Shown: positions 54,062 to 64,000 of the stretch, one piece after another
How the letters are laid out: each line of letters starts with the position of its first letter
How positions within the stretch are numbered: position 1 is the stretch's first letter
Program-made: the position numbers and the translations under genes
Source: Eledone cirrhosa
Lineage: Eukaryota
Length of the DNA: 64,000 nt
Assembly (NCBI GenBank): GCA_964016885.1
Contig: OZ024743.1
Span: 234,670,001-234,734,000 of the forward strand
Direction: 5' to 3'
Notes under the pieces: generated by a model
What the model saw: only the letters and a program-made list of their open reading frames with translations
Databases searched by the model: none
What the model was told of the DNA's origin: nothing

Positions 54062-55004
54062 AGATCCTGAACACTATAGATCTTTCCTGCAATCAGACCT
54101 GGACACAATGCAGCAATGAATCATGGACTGGCAACTCAACTGGCTGTGGACAAGTGTACCACCATGCATTTTGGGAGGAAAAACCTAGCGTCCACGTACT
54201 CCCTCCACAACACTAACTAATATCAAGAAGTCTTCTTGTGAACTTGACTTGGGCATGGGCATTACTGTCAGCAGTGATTTGTGTTGGGCAAAGTACATCT
54301 CTAAAATTGTCAAGTAGGTCGCGGGAGTCTTAGCATCACTCAGCAAGACCTTTCTCAGCCACTTTCCAGCTATCTATTTAAAGCTGTATATAGCTATGCT
54401 GTGGCCACACTTAGAATTTGCATCGCCAGTCTGGAACCCCTATCTTGCTCAGAACATTGATCTCCTGGAAACTGTTCAGAGACTTGCAACCAAGCGAATA
54501 TCCTCCATCAGGCATCTACCATACTCTGAACACCTTGCTTCCTTGCGCATGGATTCATTGAAGCTCCGACGTCTGACAACTGACTTGGTAAACACCCACA
54601 AAATTATTAACCATCTTGCCAACAACAACTCTGAGCACCTTTTTGAATTCCATGTGTCTAACACACATGGGCATGCCTACACAGTCAGAAAACAGCACAG
54701 CTCCCATGACTTTTGGAAACATTTTTTCATGTTCAGAGTTGCTGAAGCATGGAACAAACTACCTGCATCAGTTGTTAGCTGCCGAGACACTGCATCTTTT
54801 AAAACCCCCATGCTTCTTGAAATTTACCAACCCTACACGTGATATCCCCCCTCCATACACACGCACACATGTATATCATGACTCGTACTGTTCACTTTCC
54901 TGACATTTGTACACTATTCTATGTACTATACTACATGCACTTTTGATGAGTTGTAGTGCACCTGAGCACTGTACTCAATAATTTCATTATTATTATTATT
55001 ATTA
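54062..55004 (+). mobile_element. 5'-truncated CR1-clade LINE
   Basis: PHLEFASPVWNPY..IDLLETVQRLATKRI..LPYSEHL..L..RR..DL and FF.FRV..AWNKLP; (ATT)n tail. Confidence 0.88.
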
Positions 55005-55121
55005 TATACAGAGAGAAAGAGCTATATATTGTTTGAAAAACATAGTATTTTGTACATATATATATAAAACAAAATATTTAGGAAAACATATACTTTAAAG
55101 TTCCTTATATGTTATGATACC

Positions 55122-55335
55122 TCAACCCTTTAGCATTTAAACTAGTCATATCCGGCCAGAATTCTCTCACTTCTTTCTGTTTAGACTTGCCATAACCAGC
55201 TGCTCCTAATTAGGTTATGGTATTGTTCTCAAAATAAATATCAAAATCTTGTGGATTCGATATTATGTGAAATAAAGTGTTTACCGTGAAAATACAATAG
55301 TAAATATAGAGTAATGTAAATGCTAAAAGGGTTAA
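55122..55335. mobile_element. piggyBac-like MITE
   Basis: aaccctttagcatttaa ... aaatgctaaaagggttaa. Confidence 0.85.
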
Positions 55336-55742
55336 ACTTATATATGTATAAAGTCCCTCATATATTGATGTTAGTAAAGTCGTCATAGTTACTAGTTACT
55401 CTCCTTGTTTTATAGAATTATATTATTGACAACTAATGTTTATATCTAATTTTGTTGCATGTCATGTATTGCAATGGTTCATTGTTGTAAATACATGGTG
55501 AACTGACATATATATTGTGTGGCTATTGTAACAATTTGAAGCATGAAGGTTTATAACTTTCAGGTATACATTGAAATTTGTATATTACATTGGTCAACAT
55601 TTTAAGGTTAGCTAGTTTGTGATTTTATGTTGTTGTTTAATATATAACTATGTTTGTGGTTAGCTGTAATACATGTATTCTGTTATGACTTATTCATTCT
55701 ATGATATGGATGCATTTGATTCCTGTAGTATATGTGCAGCAT

Positions 55743-56600
55743 ATCATCGTTTAACGTCCATCTTCCACACTAGCATGGGTTAAACGGGGTTGTCCTACTT
55801 GATGCAAGACTGGTCAGGTGACCGTATCTGGCAGGTTTTCTACGGCTAGATGCCCTTCCTAACACCAACCACATTTACAGTGTAGACTGGGAGCCTTTTT
55901 ACCGTGTCTCCTACACAACCACTTTACGTGGACTGGGTACTTTTTACCGTGTCTCCTACACAACCACTTTACGTGGACTGGGTACTTTTTACCGTGTCTC
56001 CTACACAACCACTTTACGTGGACTGGGTACTTTTTGTCATGACACCTACACGACCACTTTACAGTGTGGACTGGATGTTCTGTGGTACAACATAACTTTA
56101 TAGAGAAAGGGTGATGTTGGTGGGAGTGGGAGGATGTAGTAGGGTGGGGTATATATTTGGTTAAGAGGTCTTCTGTATTACTGCATAGCGCCAAAGGTCT
56201 CGATCCAGTGATGTTGTCTTAGAGAGGTGTAAGTGTGCAAAGTCAGTTTTTATCATATCGTCCCAGGTTTTTCTGGTTTCTACCTACTCCATAGCTTCCA
56301 TCAATTTTTATTGCCCTGCACTTTTTTATACAGCTGTCGTCTTTCATGCACATCACATAAACATACCAACCTCTCAAGTAAACTGCATCTGATCCCTCTT
56401 ATTTCTAATTTCTCACTTAGTTCGTCTGTTTTGCCGTTCATGTATATTAGTTACACATTCAACAGAGCATGCATGCTTTGTTCCTTTCCACTCTGCGCAG
56501 GTCCTCTGCACACAATGCTCAGGTCTCACTGCCATGTAACAAACATCATACAATCTGCCTTTCATTTTTAGAGAGAAACCCTTTGTGGCCAACAGCGGTA
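55743..56600 (-). mobile_element. Decayed RTE 3' portion with a 45-bp tandem array (~55895-56070) in the 3'UTR
   Basis: Reverse complement of an RTE C-terminus/3'UTR; unit ctttttaccgtgtctcctacacaaccactttacgtggactgggta x3-4. Confidence 0.85.
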
Positions 56601-56983
56601 TATATATATATCATCATCATCATCATTTAACGTCTATCTTCCACGCTAGCATGGGTTTAGACGGGAATTGTCCCACTTGAGGCAAGATTGGTTGTCTTGC
56701 TCATGTAGGACTATCTGGCAGGTTTTCTACGGCTGGATGCCCTTCCTCAAGGATTTTTTCTACAGCATTTGCTGTTGGCAATCCAAGTGTGTAGAATATG
56801 ATTTTCTGAAGAGGTCTAATAATAACCAAACACGTCTTGTTTTGACTAGTTGATTTTAAACACGAAACCCACTCTAATCTGTATTCTATATTTCAAGTAA
56901 CCAATTTTATTGGCATTATCTATGTTGAGTATTAAACAAATTATTTCATGTGCTGTGATAACACTATGTATTGGACATTGCCA

Positions 56984-57102
56984 TTCTGAGTTCAAATCCC
57001 GCCAAGGTTAACTTTTCCTTTCATCCTTACGGGGTCAATAAAATAAAGTACCAGTAATACACTGAGTAATTGCTGGCCTTGTGCCAAAAGTTGAAACAAT
57101 TA
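56984..57102 (+). mobile_element. 5'-truncated SINE family B
   Basis: tctgagttcaaatcccgcc..tttcatccttacggggtc..gctggccttgtgcc. Confidence 0.85.
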
Positions 57103-57649
57103 TTTTATTGCTATTAAGCATTCATTAATAATTTTTACTTCAACTGTTCCTCACATGTTTTGTATTTTTCAATTAAATAGCTGTTTTTCTAAAGAAGAGA
57201 ATTGAGTCTTCATGTATCCACACATTAGCTCAGCCCCTGCAGGGAATGTAGAATCAGCTATAAGTTGAAATTTACAATTAGGATGTATTAAGTTAAGGTC
57301 TAATCCAGTTCCATATTGTCTATCATAATTTTGACTTGTAAATATCAATGATGTGATGGGAGGGGATTCTGTCCAGGCACAATCCCATTTCATAAGAAAA
57401 TACAGGACTATGGCTGATTAGCTTCACCCAAACTTCCTGGATTGATGAAATAAGTATTAATTACCTATTGATTATATTGAGAACTATGGTGTCTTTGGTC
57501 CATGGACTCATTTTTCTTCATTTAATTGGGAGGAGAACCATGAGTTGGAATGACTGATGCAACAGGCAATGCTGGATGTTATCTGTGGCAATTCTTTCAC
57601 CATCTTATCCATGGGGTGCAGCCAAGTGTTTAGAGTTTGCTCCCTTCTA

Positions 57650-57786
<137 letters not shown>

Positions 57787-58044
57787 TCTATGTTAATATA
57801 AATTGATTATGAAATTTTGATTCATTTTATTGCCCCGCATTTTACGAATGGCTACTGTAGTTTCGGAACACGCTCCTCCACTGCTGATTTCATCACCCAG
57901 GTAATGGAAACTGTCAACTATTTTTATAGAACTGACTGGGCATTTGAAGGAGCTAGTATCCTTTGGGCACTTGTTACTTATTGTACCTGTGCATCAGCTG
58001 CCTGTAAACCTACATTGTTTGGTAGCCTGCCTGTGATCCCACTG

Positions 58045-58627
58045 TAGCTTTTATGTACCCTTAGCTTGCATTTGAGATCAGAATGGAATTTCTACCTACT
58101 CGTTTCCTGCACACTGAGGAAGGCCATTTCTTAAAGGGAATCTGGGCCATTTTTTCTTTTCTACATACTAGGACTTCAGTCTTTGACAAGTTTACTCCAA
58201 ATAAGACCTTTTGATTCTAGGCCATGCTTCCAGGTTTGGAATTTCTTCTCTAATTTTGCCATAGATTCAGCTATGAGGGTTAGATCATCTGCATACAGGA
58301 GTTTCTATGGGCAGCCAGTCTTAAACTCTTCTAAAGAGAGCATCTGTGGTACTTTTAACTGGCACAAATCCAAGCTGCATTTCATCAAGGTTAATTCAAT
58401 CCCTAATCAGTTGTGTGATAACTCTTTCATGACTTGGTCAACCAAGTTAATGTGTCTATAGTTTTCTTTGGCTAGAGCATCTCCTTTGCCCTTGTGGCAG
58501 TTGACGAAGATACTGCTATGCCAGTCATTGGGTATGACTCCATTTTGTATTACTTGGTTTACAATACGGGCGACTGTGGTGTGTCCCACCATCCCAGATG
58601 CTTTCAGCATTTCAGCAACTATCCCCA
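58045..58627 (-). mobile_element. Internally deleted RTE RT fragment
   Basis: MLKASG.VGHT..RIVNQVI..G.IP.DW.SSI.VNC.KGKGDAL matches the 44939 ORF. Confidence 0.85.
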
Positions 58628-59225
58628 GTCTATTTATGCATTACTCTTTCTGTCTATGTATCCCTATCTATCTATCAACGTTGTGGTAACTGGTTTTGCT
58701 AGAAATGACAGCGAAATAAAACACTAACTTCTTCAACACACACACACACACACACACATTGATTTGTACCTATCTATGTATTACTCTTTCTGACTCTATA
58801 TATTCCTATCAATCTACCCATCTCCATGTACAGAAAGCATTCTTCAAAAGAGAATCAACTGGATTTGTCTAGTATCTATCTATATATATATATCCCTAAG
58901 CAAGCGTTTGTCGTGGAATCACTATTATTAGACTAACATGTATTTCTTGAATAATCTGGTAGTGTAGTTGTGACAAGGCGTCATCCATTTCGAGTCTATA
59001 TTTAGATTTAGTGTGTGACAGTTCTATTATCTAGTTTTGTAAAGAGTGTGGAATTTCAAAAATATAGTCTAGGTCTTATATATTTTTCCGGTTTATTTTG
59101 ATCGAAGTCAAATCGTTATTTTCCCATTGTTATCATTTTTTGTTAATTACATACGAAACTAGTATGACAGTTTACGGTGTTGCTGTTGTGGATTATTTCC
59201 CTTGCTGAGATGACGGACAGCGTAA

Positions 59226-59809
59226 GCCAATCAGCAGTGAGCGTCTGCGTCATATGATTGTGTCTGTGCTGCTAACTCAGACAAACATCTCTGTCTGCGC
59301 CATCTCTCATTTATATTTTTAACGAAATCTGTTCCTAATCATTATCGATTATCATACGATACAGGACACGTTGTCTGACTATAAAAGTACTGATTTTCTT
59401 TCGGGCACCGTCATCTTCGTGATACGATGGTTAAACGGTGCTGTTACGGTACATGTAACATTCATAATAGATTTCTCGAGAGGCTGTCGGGCAGTGTGCA
59501 GTTTATACCTTTTCCGAGGCCAATCAGTAGTGAGCTCCTGCGTCATCTGATTGTGTCTGTGCTGCTAACTCAGACAAACATCTCTGCCTACGCCATCTCT
59601 CATTTATATTTTAATGAAATCTATTCTTAATCATTATCGTTTATCATAAGATACAAGACACGTTGTCTGACTATAAAAGTACTGATTTTCTTTTGGGCAC
59701 CGTCATCTTTGTGACACGATGGTTAAACGGTGCTGTTACGGTACATGTAACACTGACAATAGATTTCCCGAGAGGTTGGCGGGCGGCGTGCAGTTTATAC
59801 CTTTTCCGA
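59226..59809 (+). repeat. ~292-bp tandem duplication of promoter plus THAP 5' end
   Basis: Units start at gccaatcag (59226 and 59519); ATGs at 59427 and 59719. Confidence 0.92.
59427..59518 (+). pseudogene. Truncated duplicate of the THAP exon 5' end
   Basis: MVKRCCYGTCN..NRF.ERL.G.VQFIPFP, then runs into the second unit's promoter sequence. Confidence 0.75.
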
Positions 59810-59919
59810 AACCCAAACAAAACCTGGAAAAGTGTCTGCGATGGATTCTGTGTTGTGGTAGACCCTACTATCAGTTTAACGTCAATCGTGTCAGCAGAGC
59901 AACATATATTTGTACTAAG
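59719..59919 (+). CDS. Second THAP zinc-finger first coding exon, split before the His ligand
   Basis: MVKRCCYGTC..FIPFPKP..RW..CGR..TYICTK; donor aag|gtataa, 201 nt, phase 0; expected HF continuation not found in the window. Confidence 0.8.
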
Positions 59920-62329
59920 GTATAATTTTACATCCTTTTAACTAATTTTATCACGGTTTTATTTTACATAATTTATATTTGTCTTAAGTTTTGAACAGAA
60001 CAGCTACCTCTGACAGATCGTTCTATACATTTATATATTTCATATATATATGTGTGTGTATATGTATATATCTATATATATCTATGTGTGTGTGTATAAA
60101 CATATATATATATATGTGTGTGTGTGTGTATAAACATGTATATATATGTGTGTGTGTATAAACATATGTATATATTTGTGTGTATATAAACACAGACATG
60201 AGTTAACACTTTGAGCAAATATATAACTTCTAAAACCTACATTTGATCAATGCCATGTGAAAATTTTGGTGGACGGAAACTAGAAGCCAGTCCTGTGTGT
60301 GAATGTATATTATCCGCACGCACGCACGCGCACACACGTCTGATTTGTGTGTGTGTGTATATATATATCCTGCAAAATCTACTTTAAATTTTATTTTTGT
60401 GTGTATGTGCATGCATGGAATTGTTATAATGGTACATTACAACAGAAGCTTTTCTTTAAAATGTAATTCATACTACTACCATTACATTTCAATATTTATT
60501 GAGCTATTTTATCCCATTTTTAATTTGAAGGAAGATAATGAATGGTTTCCTCATATTCATATTACACATTTGTTAAACTATTCAAAACCAAGACACGCGG
60601 TAACTCACTTCAACTAAAAATTAAAATCCTTTGATCCATTTTTATACCCCATATTTTTCTAAGAATCAGCAATTAGTCAATATGTTTGTTTTTACCTGTT
60701 TAAATTATTGGCAGTAGAAATATAAGTTGATTTTAGCAATATTAAATTAAATATTTGCAATAATATATACATACTACATACCAGAATGTATCATACTTAC
60801 TATCTCCACTTCCTCTGTAGATATGCCTTAATATAAACAATAGCCTTGTTGATAACAACAGGTTTCGTAAGCAAAATATGATGCAGTTATCACCAATTTT
60901 AATCCTTTTTGTTTCATGTTTCCAACACTACAAGGCTTGTCAAGCTTGCCAGATCCAATTCAGTTACCAATGAAACCTTTTCAGAGTTTTGATAATTCAT
61001 GCAGTAATTTCCAGCTTGCCCTCAAATTTCTACTGCAACTCAATACAAGAGTTACATAGACTGCCACTGACCAACAAAGTCAGTACTTAATCAGATCTGG
61101 AACCATTCAATTCCCTACTACAACTCCAATAGAAGGGTTACCACTGACCAACCTACACAGTACTTAATAGGATCTCCAGATCATCATGGCATCAGCAGTA
61201 GGGAGGTTGTCATGTTTTAGACAAACTGAGTAGCCGCCTTCTTGCCTCTTAGTTTGGCTGGATGCCCTTTTTAATGCCAAATTTTAATGTAATTTTCCCA
61301 CAAAAGCTTTTTCTTTCTTCTGTCAGTATAAATATATTCATGAAATTTCATTCATTGCTTAATGGACATTTTTCGCTGCTATGTCTCCTCAATTGTCTTG
61401 AAAAGTCATAAGCTTCCCTTAAAAGTCATACCTATAGTCAAGCTGAAGCTATTCATTTTCTTACATAAAAATGCCTATGTTCTTAAAGGAAAATGTACTT
61501 TTATTCTGAATCCAATTAACATATTTAGTGGCAATTTTTTTTAAAATTAGCTTATGGTTGGTTGATGATTTTCTAAATTTAGGATAGTTAAAGCAGACAT
61601 TTTGCAATCATTTGCTCTTTAACAATAATTGCTTACAAAAATGTTGTACCTTGTTTCCTTAGTGTTGACTATTGCATTTAGTAATGTACTGGCTTTTTAA
61701 AACTTTGACAGTAATTGTAATTTTGTTCCATAAGTGCTATACCTGGCAAATATGTATTCCTACTAGTTTTAAGATTGAATGTAAACAAATGTTTGATTTC
61801 TGGTAGTATCCATTTCACTAGACTTGCACAAATATGTTGGCGTTTGCACTGTGCAGAAACAGTCCTATACAAGCGAGAAACGGTCCCCCGACCCAACTTG
61901 CCTCAAATGGGACAGCATGTCTAACCCATGCTAGTGTGGAAGATAGACATTAAACGACGATGATGGTTTATAATTTAGAGCTGTTCACAAAACCTGTTCG
62001 TAACGTTGAACACGGCAGATATGCTTTGCATGGAAAAATATATATTAATCCAATTCAAGTACTAATATACAAAAAATGTTCTACTTATAAATAGTTACTG
62101 AAATCATATGATTCTATAATTTAGCAAACTTGGACATTTTGTTTTTCTGTAAAATACCATTCCAATGTTAACCAGTTGATAGTTCTACAAACTCGACAAC
62201 ATGAAATCTTGAAAACATCTTGAAATTTGTTATCTACCACTGTTCTTCATTCAAACATTAGCATTTAGAAGTCAAGCCAAGCACATCTACATCAGTTTTC
62301 CAAATATCTTGGGGCTTGCAAAAATCATG

Positions 62330-63130
62330 CTACTAATCTCTGAAGGATCTTTGGAATAACGTTACTCGGTAGAATTAAGAGAGCACAGCTCTGATACTAT
62401 GGGCATTTGGTTAGAATGTCTCAGGAAAGAATCACTAGACAGATTTTACGGACAAAACCAATCAGCAGGAAACCCAGGGGTAGACCCCGAGCAAGATGGA
62501 TAACATCCATGAGCTCGGGTGGTCTTGCTTGGTGATCCAGCCAGATCAGTTGGAAACTGTTGCTTCTGACATGACCTGCTGGAAGGAGTGTTTGTGGACT
62601 TTGCCCCCACGGCCCTCTCAAGAATAAGTGATTGAAGAAGGTTTAGATATTGTTAAGTTCCACATATGAATATATAGATTTTGAACCTAACAAATGTCAT
62701 TGAGCTGACAACTAAGTTTCAATTCTCATTTAACACCAGTGCCTCATGAAGTTTGCATAAATGAACATAACTAGGACTTTCTCTGTAACATATTTTTTGA
62801 GTGTCTGTAACATAAATGAATGGTTAGGGTTAGGTTATATGGTCTTGATTGTGTTAATTGGACGACAAGGTCACTTCAGAAGCTCTCTACATTCCAGAAC
62901 CACATCATGAGACTTATGACTGGCAAGCAGCTCAGCAACCGTATCTGTATCAGTGAGCTGCTCAACATTACCAGACTTAGACCAATTACATCAATTGTCA
63001 AGAATACTCAAACTATACAGTCATATAAAAAGATCAACTCATGTGAGTAGGTTATGGCTGGTAAGAGAAGCAGAGGCCAGCAGCCAAAACGATGGCTTGG
63101 TAATGTCAACCTATGGACTGGACTTGATCT
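62330..63130 (+). mobile_element. Decayed RTE-like C-terminal fragments
   Basis: KPISRKPRGRPRARWI and LYGLDCVNWT..KLSTFQNHIMRLMTG. Confidence 0.55.
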
Positions 63131-63424
63131 TTGCTCTTTAAACTCTGTTGTTGGTGATTGAACTTTATGGAGAAAAATATCTCATGCTGATGCGTAGTCT
63201 GCAACTGGCACAGTTTAGCGTCAAAGTAGTAACATAAATGAAACAAAATGCCTACACACTCAAATTGAATTTAGATCCTGAAATCTGTTCAATTGTAGTG
63301 TCTTTACTCTATTGAGTGTTAATGAGAGCACAATATATATTATATGAATAGCAGTGTGGATGAGCTGAGTTTGGTTCACTCCGGGTTCAACTATAGGCAG
63401 TAATATAGCAGTTAATTCAACTAA

Positions 63425-63545
63425 GTGTGGCTGAAATGTTTAGAGCGTCGGACGAAATGCCTTGAGGTTCTAAGTTGGAATCCTACAGAAGTCAACTTTC
63501 ATCCTTCTGAGGTCGATAAAATAAATTATCGGTCATATATTAGGA
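63425..63545 (+). mobile_element. Diverged SINE family B
   Basis: tggctgaaatgtttagagcgtcggac..tttcatccttctgaggtcgataaaataaa. Confidence 0.6.
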
Positions 63546-63739
63546 TTGCTTTATATTACTTTAAAATTCACATATGAATTATAATAAAAGTCTACTTTTC
63601 CTTGGAAAAAAAAAAAAAGCTTGTGCTAAGGTGAAATTATCATCTTCAATGCTGTAAATATGTAAAGCTTTAGAATTGAAATTGAATATCGGAAATGTAT
63701 TTGAACTATTTTCTATTTATAAATAAATGATCTTCTTTC

Positions 63740-63985
63740 CTCTTCGTTTTTCGTCACTCATAAGCCGTCCCTATATTTTCCGTTGTTACTTAGCAACACG
63801 CTCTTCCTATTGGTTCAAATACAAGTTATGTGCCATATGACCCAATGATTCATAATCACAGACTCAAGATTGGGTCGTGATTGTTGTTAGTTTGTTACAC
63901 TACTGTATCCTTCTCTCCGCTGCTGCTATTTCGGTAACCATTTGTCTCTGATGCTTACTTCAGTTATTATTTTATTTGTATGTAT
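63740..63985. promoter_or_regulatory. Promoter-like cluster: RFX X-box plus three CCAAT boxes
   Basis: GTTACTTAGCAAC (63785-63797); ATTGG 63809, CCAAT 63842, ATTGG 63869 spaced ~30 bp; CpG-enriched. Confidence 0.55.
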
Positions 63986-64000
63986 TTAATATATATTATA

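Noticed and set aside
55895-56070. Regular short repeats resembling a CRISPR array
   Set aside because: Head-to-tail 45-bp units without unique spacers, inside a LINE 3'UTR in eukaryotic DNA
56806-56836. Second hammerhead-like string CTGAAGAggt..accAAACacgtc
   Set aside because: G of GAAA missing and stem I does not pair; at best a dead relic
61060-61180. Short diverged repeat ccactgaccaac..cagtacttaat as a possible second THAP exon
   Set aside because: No acceptor followed by His-Phe and no sustained open frame

Overview
AT-rich, microsatellite- and transposon-dense animal genomic DNA, most likely a cephalopod such as Octopus (inferred from the SINE/RTE repertoire, not proven). The transposon content is: one RTE-clade LINE with an open 1036-aa endonuclease-RT-PHD ORF, many truncated RTE copies, two tRNA-headed SINE families (one carries the RTE 3' tail), TTAA-flanked piggyBac-like MITEs, mariner relics, a CR1 relic and a minimal hammerhead ribozyme motif. 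Among these sit four unrelated + strand coding exons: an 18-aa Trp-repeat ORF (11.7-12.7 kb), a THAP zinc finger (36.9 kb), a catalytically degenerate Crypton/DUF3504-type tyrosine-recombinase domain (51.1 kb) and a second THAP with a duplicated promoter (59.7 kb). Each lies behind its own CpG-enriched promoter-like island and ends at a phase-0 GT donor, and I recognise no downstream coding exons between them. The lead hypothesis is a multi-promoter locus of alternative first exons, mostly transposon-derived DNA-binding modules, spliced to shared exons beyond the window. All calls were made by eye; boundaries of degenerate repeats are approximate.
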